NCBI GenBank assembly: GCA_043228905.1
Contig: JBHGNT010000007.1
Coordinates: 15,004,001 to 15,068,000, forward strand
From: Azolla caroliniana
Taxonomy: Eukaryota; Plantae; Polypodiophyta
Reading direction: 5' to 3'
Length of the DNA stretch: 64,000 nucleotides
Both the position numbers and the translations under genes were made by a program. Positions 48,253-61,200 of this stretch are shown here, one piece after another. Every line of letters begins with the position of its first letter. Position 1 is the first letter of the stretch. The notes beneath the pieces are model-generated. The model was given only the letters and a program-made list of their open reading frames with translations, searched no databases and was not told the origin of the DNA.

Positions 48253-48297
48253 TGCCACGTCACCGATGTGCCACGTGGCGGAACCTGCGTGACGTGG
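48253..48297. promoter_or_regulatory. Cluster of three ACGT-core bZIP sites (G-box/ABRE-like) upstream of the zinc-finger gene
   Basis: TGCCACGTCA 48253-48262, GCCACGTGGC 48270-48279, TGACGTGG 48290-48297, inside a CpG-rich patch (48150-48340) ~850 bp 5' of the ATG. Confidence 0.55.
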
Positions 48298-51055
48298 AAC
48301 CTCCCCGCCCGGAACAAATGGCGCGAAGAGCGCAGCCGCATTATTATTTTTATTTATTTATTTATTTATTTATTTGGATTTGTTCGATCTAGAAGTTTTA
48401 AATTTCTCATTTTTGTTAGTATTTGAAGAAAACGAGAAGAAGAAGAAGAATTAGGTGGTAAGGTAATTAAAATTACAAGGATACCCCTCTCTCTTTGATT
48501 GGTTTCACATAAATTTATGTGCATACCCTCCTCCCCTGCCTCTTGAGAGACATCCCCATCCCTCACATTTGATTTCCTTCATTTTTCTTGCCAGACCCAC
48601 ATGTTTCCGAACCCTAACGCTTCTTGAAAATTCCAGGGTCCCAAGAAAACGCGAAAGGCCCGATCATCGGAATGCAACAGAACGATTCGACCACTTCATC
48701 CCTTACATCATAAATCCCTCCTGCCATCAAACTTCCTCGTCTCTCTTTTGTCTTAACTCCTCCATATGTAATTAAAATGACACGTGATAGTATATATATG
48801 TAATGTATTCATGCACTGGGATATGGATAATGGAGAAAATCGTCAGACAAATTCATAGGTTCTCTTCCCCCCCCCCCCCCCCCCCCCCTTTGTCCTTGTC
48901 CACACCGAAGATTATTTGTGGTGGTTGGTAGTTAGTCATCGAAACTATATAATAAACCCCCCCCCCCCCCTCCCCCCTTTTTTTATTTGTTACAAATTTG
49001 ACTCTTTATTTTTAATAGCCCCGAGTGTAAGTAAGACAATTTTTTTTGTAATCTAGTCCTCGATGTTAAAAACCTCTTGAAATGTCAACATTCCATAAAT
49101 CATTGTGTAGCCAACTTTCTTGAGCTCTTCATTAAAAAGAGGAAAACTTCCTTGAGGGATAATAATAAGTTTACACAAAATGTGGCGAGTCCATGTAACT
49201 TGAGCGCCAAGTCAAGAAGGATTCCAATTTTGTTGTTGATGTTTTTGCTCATACTCATCTGATTGAGGAACTATGCAAATATGCTCAAAATAAAATAGCA
49301 ATGCTGTAAAACCCATGTGCCACACCTTTGAGTTCAAATATGAACATTCGTCTTGGAATGAAATTATGTTGGGTCTTGTCGTTGGCATAATCTTAGGGAC
49401 CCTTTCCAAAGCTAGGTTTAATGGTAGGATTAGTGGGAATCCAATGATCCTAGGACTTGGTATAAACCCACACGGTCCTATATTGACACATGGGAACACG
49501 TGATAGTTGAGCAACTAACCACCCCTTGCATTATGGTCCATTTAGATGTCGTCGAGATTCATTTGGTGAGGCAATTTTTATTTTCTTTTAGACCCGTTCG
49601 TTACAACATCCAAGGCGTATATGTACATATTGCGATATCAGTGGTACAAGACACAGATGGTATTTTATGTTCAACTCTTGTACTTTGGTTGGGGGTTAGT
49701 TGGTGCGGTTAAAGTACTCTTAAATCACTCTGTTAATCTTAATCTAAATATTCATTAATATTTTGATTTATAATATGTCCACTAGACGTTATGATTCATT
49801 AGAGCTTGTGGTTGATAGCTTAGCATTGTATGAATCTCTATCTAAGCATTGCTCATGGATTTGACGACTTTACACTTGCAAAGCGGAGTTCTTGATTTGC
49901 AAGTAACAAAGTTCCTTTTTGTTGAAAATAGTCAAAAATATGTGTAAAACAACTGCCAATAATATGCTTACACGGATATCCACAGTTTATCATGGGTAGG
50001 CGTTAAATATGCATATATCTTACGTTGTAAAGCGACATTATTTTGTCATTACTGTAATGCCATAATGCTAATTCATTTTTTACGATGCATTAAACACTAT
50101 CCATATGTATCTTCTCAGGGATATTCAAAACCTATAACCTTTCTATTGAAATGATTCCTTGTGTTGCCAAACAAGTCAAGTTTGTTTTTTTGGTAGTGGC
50201 ACTTTCTGAGAATTGATTGACATCTTATGAGATAATATATTTCTGAAGAAGGTTATGATGTGCGCTTTTAACTTCATAAATCGTTATCCCATCTCTAGTG
50301 TCATGTGGTTGAAAATGAAGTTTCTTTGGCAATATGGACATATTACTTGCAAGCTTCCTCACATTAAAACCAGTCACTAAAGCACCATATGAAAACGTTG
50401 TCGTTATACATAATATAAGTTAAGACATTAAATGTCTCCACTCCCAACGGCAACAATCATTCCTTATGGACTGATAACTTTAAGTCTACTTGATTTAATT
50501 TAGTGATACAGGTCATACGTCCTAGTTAATCGCAAGGATTTGGGTTCAAGTCTTGAGCCAAGGGTTGACTTGAATGGCAAAAAGCATGCGTATCATAAAA
50601 ATTCTTCATATGTTTCATTTGACATTGTACACTATCCATTTTCCTCCTTAAAAGATGGCAATGCTAATGCAGTTACAAATAAATTGAGTTAATCAACAAA
50701 ATTTCCTACGTGTGGGTGCAAGAGGGGCACGTAACGTAATTTCATAGTTTTTGCGCAACTTCATGTAAACACATCATAATTCGTAGATGACACTTTCTAT
50801 GTATATTCGTGTGGAATGACGTATTGGTCATGACCTTTATGCTACTGAATCATGCTCTCAAGTAAATTCTCTTTTACTTGTAAAATTCTGGTTATCTCTA
50901 TGAACATGGTCACTAATTACCGATCTTCCAAGTAGAATATGTTTTTGCTATCAATGACCAAATCTCTGCATAAAATGACACAAAAGTACATAGAATGGGA
51001 TGATTTATTTTAGAATAGGGTTCTACCCTATTTGGTATCCAACACTACACTGGAA

Positions 51056-51619
51056 CTTTCGATGAAATGTTAGTGCAACAAATTTAAAGCTAATCAAAGG
51101 CTCATGATCAACACATGTATTAATATATACTTGATCAAATCCATAAACAAATGAACAAATTCCGTGTTAAGTATATACACATTCACAAGTTGCATTATAG
51201 CACACCTCGAATGCATAGTGGTTGCTATAAATGACAAATTAGGTCTGTGATTATTTTTCTTTGATGGTGCATATGACATAGGTGGAAGGATTTTACTCCA
51301 TGGTATGCATTTGATGCATCTTAGTATACTTTTCATTCTTTCGATGAAATGTTAGTGCAACAAATTTAAAGCTAATCAAAGGCTCATGATCAACACATGT
51401 ATTAATATATACTTGATCAAATCCATAAACAAATGAACAAATTCCGTGTTAAGTATATACACATTCACAAGTTGCATTATAGCACACCTCGAATGCATAG
51501 TGGTTGCTATAAATGACAAATTAGGTCTGTGATTATTTTTCTTTGATGGTGCATATGACATAGGTGGAAGGATTTTACTCCATGGTATGCATTTGATGCA
51601 TCTTAGTATACTTTTCATT
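51056..51619. repeat. Apparently perfect 282-bp tandem duplication
   Basis: 51056-51337 is repeated at 51338-51619; identical minus-strand ORF translations 282 bp apart. Confidence 0.95.
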
Positions 51620-52962
51620 CTCAAGCATAATTTCAAATTGGGCCCCACAAAACAAACCCACGAATGGAGATTCCCACAAGTTATAAATTACTTATTGATA
51701 CGCATGTTGCAAGCATGATATTCTTTTGATGGGTCCCACTTTTCATCAACACCACCTGTACAATTGAAATTCAAGGGGGCAATGGTAGCACCAAATTTGC
51801 ATTTCAATTCCTCGATTCGTGATCTAGCAGATAAACACGGAGCTGAAAAAAATAATATTAAAGAGAGTAGTTTTGGAATGCTAGGCTAAAAAAACTTTCG
51901 GTGTTTATTTTGGTGGTGGATTAGATTAGCAATAAGCCAAGCTTTATTGTGAATCATGATGCTTTACGTTTTAGATGCTAGGTGTACATGTGTCCATCAC
52001 ACATAGGTGAGGATCTTGATGTTAAATCCAATGGGTACAAACTTGTTTATGTGAAATTGACACAAAGAAGCAATTCATTGTTCATGTGGGAGGAGTAATG
52101 TAATGTGGTGATTGCAAATACATGTCTCTATGGCACATAGGTTATCATGAAGAAGTGGATTGATAACATAAAAATAACAAATTGTGGTAACCGCACATTA
52201 GAACCTTGGTATTGACATTTGAAGCTGAATATAGATTATATATTGATTAGATATTGGCACATATTGAAAGGATACACATTAACATGTTTCTAAAATAAGT
52301 AAAACTTAACTTAGCACATGTTTGACAACTTGTGTTAATTTTGAACTATAATAAAATCTAGCTAATTTTGAACTTAATAAAATCTAGTTTACTTTGCTAG
52401 GTCCAAGTAGTGAGTGATGTATTTCAAGGAAGTCAATATATGTACACACCGAATCTATTCATTTTTCTTGGCCCATGTTCCTTGTCCTCTAAACTCAATG
52501 TCAAGCTTTAGAATGAGGCGGTTCCGTCATCTTGCCAATGGTGCTTTTTGGCAGCAAGCCTTGCCCTTCATGATCACAATTTTCCAACCATTTCATTTGT
52601 CAAATATATCATGATTTCCCCTTGGAATTTCCCCTAACAATATAGACTATATAGTGACATGTTATTATATATTCCCATAGAAAATATCTAGAGGATTATA
52701 AAACGCATGGATTTATTTCTCAATCATTGTTAATATAGTTCTCCAAATGCCCTACAAAATACTCCTCACAAATCATCTTAAAAACATTAAAATGGCAATC
52801 TATTGAGCCCATCATTCCTTTCCAACTTTCTAGATTTCAAACAAACAATGGTTCTCATTCGTATAAGATTATTGAGATCCCTATCTGTGTTGTTTGCTAT
52901 ACATCATCTTGAAGGTCCTCATACACAATCTTTTGCATATCTAATCTCATACATTCTACAAG

Positions 52963-55900
52963 TGGTATCAGAGCGACCTTGCTATTCAATGGCGATGAAA
53001 AGCAGAAAAGACCGAGAAGAGAAGCTATCCGGCAAGGTCAGCAAAATCTTACTTCCTAGAGAACATGGTCTCTACATTTGGTATTGGGGTAGAAATCCGA
53101 AAGTTTGACGGCAAGAGCTTTGCCCTATGGAAGGAGATGATGTAGGATGTTCTGATCATCTGTTGTCAAAATGAGGCAATATGACACAAAAACAAGCCAA
53201 CCTCAATGACAACTCACGAATGGCGTTCATTGGACGAAAAAGCTAGGTTGACCATTCGTATGCATTTGGCTGAAAACGTCTATTTTAGCATGGCCAAGGA
53301 GACAACGCCATTCTCTTTGTGGGAGAAGTTACATGCAGTGTATGAGAAGAAATCGTCCTCATCAAAGTTGATACTGATTCGACAATTATTCAACATGAAA
53401 ATGAGAGAGACGGATCCAACAATCTCCCACATTAATACCTTCAGTCAGGTGTTATTGGAGTTCTACTCCCAGGGATTAACTTTCAAGAAGAAGTTAAAGC
53501 CCTTGCCCTCTTTTCGAGCTTCCCGGTGAGTTGGGAGGTATTCTGCATGAAGTTTGCCAATAGTTGTCCGAATCTAAATCTAGTTGAGACGATCGGACAA
53601 GTTCTCACCGAGGACATTCGAGGAAAATCGATAGAACTTACCATCGATGAATCGACAGAAGCACACCACTTGACCGAGTCGATCGAGAGAACAAGTCGAA
53701 AGAACTGGCCGAAACACCAGTCGACCAAGAAAGAGGGGAGATCGACAACGATCGAAGTCGAGGAATAGTTGATCAAGTGATTTCTGCACTCATTGCAAAA
53801 AAAAGGGTCACAATGTTTCTGACTGTTGGTCGATCAAAAGGAAGGAGAACGGTTCATGATTTGAGTGGAACTTAGGGCATTCGAGGAAAATCGATAGAAC
53901 TTACCATCGATGAATCGACAAAAGCCCACCACTTGACCGAGTCGATCGAGAGAACAAGTCGAAAGAATTGGCCGAAACACCAGTCGACCAAGAAAGAGGG
54001 GAGACTGACAACGATCGAAGTCGAGGAATAGTTGATCAAGTGATTTCTGCACTCATTGCAAAAAAATGGGTCACAATGTTTCTGACTGTTGGTCGATCAA
54101 AAGGAAGGAGAATGGTCCATGATTTGAGTGGAACTTAGGACATTCGAGGAAAATCGATAGAACTTACCATCGATGAATCGACAGAAGCCCACCACTTGAC
54201 CAAGTCGATCGAGAGAACAAGTCGAAAGAACTGGCCGAAACACCAGTCGACCAAGAAAGAGAGGAGACCGACAACGATCGAAGTCGAGGAATAGTTGATC
54301 AAGTGATTTCTGAACTCATTGCAGAAAAACGGGTCACAATGTTTCTGATTGTTGGTTGATCAAAGGGAAGGAGAACGGTCCATGATTTGAGTGGAACTTA
54401 GGACATTCGAGGAAAATCGATAGAACTTACCATCGATGAATCGACAAAATCCCACCACTTGACCGAGTCGATCGAGAGAACAAGTCGAAAGAACTGGTCG
54501 AAACACCAGTTGACCAAGAAAGAGGGGAGACTGACAACGATCGAAGTCGAGGAATAGTTGATCAAGTGATTTCTGCACTCATTGCAAAAAAATGGGTCAC
54601 AATGTTTCTGACTGTTGGTTGATCAAAAGGAAGGAGAACGGTCCATGATTTGAGTGGAACTTAGGACATTCGAGGAAAATTGATAGAACTTACCATCGAT
54701 GAATCGACAAAAGCCCACCACTTGACCGAGTCGATCGAGAGAACAAGTCGAAAGAATTGGCCGAAACACCAGTCGACCAAGAAAGAGGGGAGACTGACAA
54801 CGATCGAAGTCGAGGAATAGTTGATCAAGTGATTTCTGCACTCATTGCAAAAAAACGGGTCACAATGTTTCTGACTGTTGGTCGATCAAAAGGAAGGAGA
54901 ACGGTCCATGATTTGAGTGGAACTTAGGACAATCCAACTCGAACCGTTCTCCAATGCAACGAAATCAATGCCATCGACTCTCGCCTAGGAGAAATCCTAT
55001 CTCTAGAGGACGCAATGATCGAAGATGTCCTCTACAGTGTGCAAGACGCACAAACGTGGCTACTAGACTCTGGTGCCACCTTTCATGTGACCCCAAGTAT
55101 CGAATGGTTTTCAAACTATTCGGTCGGAGCCAACAACACAATCCAACTAGGAAATGGGCAGGAGTGCGCAATCTCAAGGATCAGAGAAGTCCCCATCCAA
55201 TTCCCAAATGACCATATTAGCACCCTACACCAAGTCTGGCATGTACCCGTGCTGAAGAGGAGTCTGGTCTCCATTGGCATGCTAGCCGAAGCGGGGTACA
55301 GAATGACTCTAAATGAGTCATCATGGATGATCAACGAAGGAAACATGAAAATAGGGAATGGATGCAAGTACAATAACTTGTACCCACTGATGGCGATTAG
55401 TCCAAAAGGGGCCGTGAACATAGCTGAATCGCGGAACTCAAACCTATGGCATGGCCGATTAGGGCATATGTCTCAAGCCGTAGTTAGACCGGTTGATGGC
55501 AGTTGGCGACATCCTGAAGCTTCAAACAAAGACAAACTTTTGTGTGCATTGTCCTTACAGGAAACAAACCCGAGGTCCGCACTTTCTCCATTACGAGACG
55601 GTACGACAACCCTTAGAGCTTGTACATACAAATATATGTGGGCCTATCTATGCCTGAGCGATCACTAGGAGGCTCTCAGTATTTCATCACATTAGTAGAT
55701 GACTGTACATGGAAGGTATGGGACTACTTGATTAGATCAAAAGACAACGCGCTTGAGTTCTTCACTCGGTGGATAGCTAAAGTGGAGAACTGATTAGGAT
55801 ACAGAGTGAAGACACTTAGATCCAACAATGGCGATGAATATACCTCCCGAGCCTTCAAATAGTACTTGTCCGATAAAGGGATTTGGCACCAGAAAACCAT

Positions 55901-56694
55901 TCCCTACACACCCACATAGAATAGAGTGGCCGAATGGATAAACCGATCTAGGAGAGGGTGACGACAATGCTCCAACACTCTGGACTAAAGCTGGATTTCT
56001 GGGCCGGAGCATTGCAGACAACTATCTATCTGATAAATCTATCGCCATCGAAAGCAATTAGGCTCGAAGTGCCCCAAACACTATGGTTAGGCAAAAGGTC
56101 GACCTACGACACGCTTCACATATTTGGATGCGAAGCCTATGCCTTCATCCCTAGGAAGAAAAGGACCAAGTTGGCGCCCCATGCTACAAAGTGCATATTT
56201 CTCGGTTATGGAATCGATGGGGAATTCGGCTACAAGCTATGGGATCCAGAGAACCGGAAAGTGATTCAGAGTAGTGACATATTCTTGAACGAAGACTCGA
56301 TTCTCTCTAAACGGAACCGGCCAAAAATGGCCGGCAAAAAGGTTTCCTTCGAAATCGACAGAGATGTCGTAGAAGGATCAACCCACTTGGCCGAACTGGC
56401 AACTCGACAAACAATTGAACAAACCAAGCCAACGACCACCTTGCCAAATTCGAATCGGCAAGACGTCCACTAATCGAAATTGACATGACTCAAAGATTGA
56501 CAAGAGGTGAAAGAAACAGAGTTGAAACGACCAAATCACCTAAATAGGCCACGATACCAAAAGGTCGAACAAAAACAACCAAGGTACCAATGTCTATGTC
56601 AATCGATCTTGAAGAAGGGGAGGATCACTCGACATCGCCGAAATCCTATTGCAAGGGCAAGTCATCCAGAAGGACTCCTTGTGTTACTCCCTCC
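52963..56694 (+). mobile_element. Degenerate Ty1/Copia internal region (gag-PR-IN); RT not in view
   Basis: LTR end ..TTCTACA at 52960 (LTR start not determined), PBS TGGTATCAGAGC 52963-52974, gag LWEKLHAVYEKKS, protease WLLDSGATFH, LWHGRLGHMS, integrase FWAGAL.T..YLINLSP, KCIFLGYG. Confidence 0.9.
53612..54930 (+). repeat. 263-bp x5 tandem array inside the Copia gag 3' end
   Basis: Units begin GGACATTCGAGGAAAATCGATAGAAC at 53612, 53875, 54138, 54401 and 54664; each encodes the knuckle CTHC.K.GHNVSDC. Confidence 0.95.
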
Positions 56695-57289
56695 TGTTAT
56701 TGGTTAGGGTGACATGGTGCCGAATCCTCAGTCCTTCGGGGTTCGGCTCAAGGCTATGTCGTGACTGTGATACAAATGACTATGTACTAAGCTCGTAAAT
56801 GCTAAGTTAATCGTGGAGACTATGGAGATTTGGAGGACGGCTACAACCGACTCCTTATGCAAGTGAACCTTGCGTATAACACTCAACATAGAAATGAACT
56901 CGACACGAATAGAGATAAAGAATTACGAGAACACAACGAGTCAGGCAACAAAAACTATATTGCAGAGATTGAATACAAAATTATTGCTAAATATTACAAG
57001 TTTTCCATGTCCTTTATATACAGGGTCATGATCGATGCTCGGCTAACCCTACACTACGGATGCTACTCCCTCTTTATTACGCTATGGCCCCACCTGTCTA
57101 CTTCGCATGCCATAACCGTCCCTTTGTCTTTTCACCTTCTCGGCCTTTCCCACTTGGCCGTCCAAGGCAGCCAACACATGGCATGCCCATGGGACAATTC
57201 CTGCACACGGTTGAACCCACAAAAGACCTTCATTCATCGTCGAAGATGTCCAGGATGTTCTGTTCTACAGAAACTACGGGGGGTGCCGT
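56695..57289 (-). mobile_element. Probable LTR fragment of a further element inserted in the Copia
   Basis: Copia coding similarity ends near 56690; the segment begins TGTTATTGG and has a minus-strand TATATAAAGG near 57010; no partner LTR in the window. Confidence 0.35.
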
Positions 57290-57896
57290 TGTCGTGAAGA
57301 TTTTCGGCAACAGTGTGAATTTCAAGAAGGTGCAATGTGCACATGAATGAATGGGGCGATGGTTACACTCGTATGTTACCATGTTGTCAAAATGAATGAA
57401 ATGAGAAGCCCTAAGTCCTAGTAACATTTTCATGCAAGGGATGCAAGTAATGTTTGAACCTTGCACCTCCATGTTAAGACACAATTGACTTACCATTAGG
57501 CTAAGTTATTACTTGTTGTACTTTCATCATTGTATTTTTCACATGTAAATGCTCATACATGAGAACTTGAATGAGTGACATGGTCATCATGCATGCATGA
57601 GCACCAAATGGCAATCATGCATTTCATGCATCGCATGCATTGTATGCATGTCTTACACCCTCACATGCATCATATGCATGGGGGAATCTATATAAGAGAG
57701 AAAGGAAGGGAGAACGGGGGGCGATCAATCTATGCATCAATCAAGCTATATATTGAATCAACATCTTAATATTAAAAAACCTACTTATCTTATTGGTGAC
57801 TTGTCTTGTTTCTCAACATTGATGTCAAGGGTTCAAACCCGGAATTGGAATTTCCATCCATCCATCTATCTGTCTTAAACACTTCCTCAATTCCCA

Positions 57897-57927
<31 letters not shown>

Positions 57928-58258
57928 TCCACATTAGTGCGTCACTTCGGCTACTACAATTTCATTTCGTGTGGTCATTCAATCTATCTTTGGAATTCTC
58001 GTCAAGAGGGAAATAGCACCAGAAAAGATCATTTTGCCGTTGTCGTCATCCGCTAAACGTTGCACACCACCACATTATCGCTGCCTACACATCAATCCAC
58101 CGCACTGCTGATTCTAGCTCGGGTGCGTCATCGACAACAAAGAACAACCTGACAATAAACCTAAAATAGCTAATTCATCTCCTCCATAACCACTAGCGGA
58201 TAGAGGCCCGATGCTTGTCCGTGCCTGTGTAACACACACATCGCGACGTTTGGCACGT

Positions 58259-61200
58259 TGTCGTGCCTTTCGGCTCCGGATCGTTTGCGTGAATCGGGTG
58301 GGAACCACTGAGGTTTTGGACTAGGAGAAAGAAAAATATGAGATGAGGCTAGTAATGAATAGATTATTAGAAAGAGAGATAGAAATTTCGTGAATCCCAC
58401 GAGTGTATTGTATTCGATTAATCAATATTTAGATAAGAATATGTATTTAGATTGAAAGAAAGATATAAGAAACTTGTGAATCCCACAAGTATAGATTATA
58501 TTATTTTCGTGAATCCCACGATTATATTAATCGGTTGGTGTTTTCGGAAATATATCCAATTTCCAAATATTTCACACACAATTACATTGTGCTCCCCATC
58601 CTTATGTAGTGATGAGGAAGTCTTAGTAATCCATGCTTTTTTCTCTAACTATAGACCCCATGCTTTTCCTATAGATAGACTATATGCTTTATCTAAAGTG
58701 ATCATGCTTTTTCTAACTTGTGCGTTTTTTATCATGCACGCTAGATGTGTATGTGTAGCTTTTTCTTTTGGTATGCGTTTTTCTAATGTTTATCCTAGCG
58801 TGAATTTACCTTTCTATGTGGGACATCTATGCTTTAACACTAATGAAATGCTAGTGTAATGGTAAGACATTACATTATTAACATGGAGGTGCAAGGTTCG
58901 AATCTTGCCCTATGCATGTTTCATTTATTTTGCTATTTTCTTCTATTTCTTCATTTTTTATTGAATCTAATACTATATACGTTTTTCACGTAGTGTACAA
59001 AATACACTACGACACTCACCCCCTCCAAACCCGCACATCCTCCGGTATGTGCCGAAGTTGTTGGTGTTTGTTAGTCTCCTCCGTCCGGTCTCTACCCGAT
59101 TGGTTTCGTTGCCGGCTCGTAGTACCCTCGACTTCTCTTGTTATGTTGACTTTGTCTCTCCATTTGGAGCACATCCATTCTTTCCACCCGAACCATTGTC
59201 GACATCCGATCCACCATAGTCTTCGTTCGCTTTTTGCATGGCCCGCTTGGTCCTTGTCATCCGCGGTAGTATCTTTTCTTGCCCTCTTTCTTTTCTTCAT
59301 CAATCTCGACTTCTTTTCGGATTTTAGTCGGATTAGCTTACTTCCGATTCGGTCTCGTCGGATCGTCTTTTGTTTAGTTCGGCTTCCTTTCCGATTTGTA
59401 TTCGGTCGATCCGGACTCGGTTGATCGGTTTTTACCGATTCAGTGCTCTTTCGGGTCGGTTTCTTTTCTTTTCTTTTCGTCCGGATTTGCTTTCTTTTCT
59501 TCGTTTTCACCTGCCTTGTCCGGTTCGACTTTCGGCACTTCTTTCCGTTGTTCGCCACGTAGGTCCTCCGATATGTGCTCGTTGTTCGGTCCTCGTGTGG
59601 TTGTAATGCATGCTTCTTTTCTCGCCGTAGCGCGTGCTTCTTTATTCGCCATAACACGCGTTTCTTTATTCGACGTAGAGCGTGCTCTGTATTACGCGCT
59701 TCTCCCGTCGTAGACCCGACCTCCGCATTGTCGCACTTTCTTTTAGATTGGAATTTCGGATGGATCATTTTCCATCTGAACCGACTTCCGACTTTACCTT
59801 CCTCGCCGCCATCTCCCGTCTCTCCGGTCTCACGTTGGTTCTCGGACACAACCGCCGAAGTCTCTAGATATTGTTGGCATGAATCCTCGGTATTACCTTC
59901 TTTCGTAGTTTCACCCTTAGCATTCTTCTCGGCTATCTCTTCATCGTATTCGTCGGCTTCGACATTTGTTTTCTCTCCGCCACCTTCCGTCTCTTCGGTC
60001 TCACGTTGCCTTTCGATCGCAACCGCCGGAGTCTCTGGAATCAGTGGTGGGGAAGTCTCGATATGGCAATCCGCCATTGATTCGTCCATAGCCACCTCCG
60101 ATTCGATTTCATCTTTTGTGGCTACCTCCTTAATCACATCCGCTTCACACTCTTTATCTGCATCAATTATGCAAACATCTATTATGCTTACCCCTTTTTG
60201 ACCCGATGTCTCGGGCACTTGTATCCCGAAATTTCCTTCTACACTTGAATTATCGGCCTTATCCTTCGCCATCGTTCTTTCACAAGACGAGTGGGTGTCT
60301 TGTTCCACTCTTTCTCCCGTGGTACCATCATGTTGTATTTCGGCCTTCATATTGGCTTCATCGTTTTTCCTCAATCGACCATCCTTCATGGGCCATGTCG
60401 TTGTTGACGAGATTCTCAGCTTCCTTTCATCATGTCTTCGGCATACCCTTTCGACTTTGGCGCAATCCTCGGTAAGACCGTTCGCACCGTCATCATCTTC
60501 GAGTTCGATCCCAATGTCCATCCTTTCTTTCCGATCGATCGATCTTACGAACATTAAGACTTTATCTTCTCCCACCAATCTTCGTTCCCGCTCCGAGAGT
60601 CGAGCAAAACGATGCTCGAACTCTAGGAACGCTTGCGTTGCACTTTGGTGGGTCTTCTCCGATGCCACCCATTCGTCGAATTCTCGCCGATCTTTTCCCT
60701 TCGATCTCTTGTAATCAGATGCCTCTCGTAAAGCTTCTTCGAAGGACCCCCATGTTGGATTTTGTTGCCGTATCTTGTAGATTCTTTCTTGTAACTCATC
60801 CGTGGCTACCCGACTGAAGGATGTCACTTGCAATCCTTCTGGTATCCCACATCGTATCATCTCCGCCTTGTAGTCACGTAGATAGCATGACACATCGTTT
60901 CTGTTGAATTGTCCATTTCGTTGTACGAGCCGCTTTACTGCCCCCGTGATCTCCGACATCGCTCGTTGTTCTTGTAGCATCCGCTTGAACATCATCATCA
61001 TCGTTATGCTCATTGCCTCTTGTTGATTCTCCATCTCCTTGCCACCCGCCTTCACGTCGGGTTCACCAACTATGTCGTGCCTTTCGGCTCCGGATCGTTT
61101 GCGTGAGTCGGGTGGGAACCACTGAGGTTTTGGACTAGGAGAAAGAAGAATATGAGATGAGGCTAGTAATGAATAGATTATTAGAAAGAGAGATAGAAAT

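Noticed and set aside
50495-50560. Another degenerate tRNA-like module (GGGTTCAAGTC)
   Set aside because: The B-box is plausible but the A-box is too degenerate to count.
58452-58859. Identical 135-aa ORFs at 58452 and 61266, and the repeated ORFs at 23917/28101
   Set aside because: They are simply LTR copies with no protein-like motifs.
58845-58916. Functional tRNA genes in the LTRs or SINE-like repeats
   Set aside because: A/B boxes and D/T-like hairpins are present, but there is no pairing acceptor stem or convincing anticodon arm; treated as tRNA-derived modules.
59575-60714. Antisense ORFs (208 aa, 139 aa) in element Z and those opposite the zinc-finger gene
   Set aside because: Ser-rich or hydrophobic shadows of low-complexity sense coding strands.
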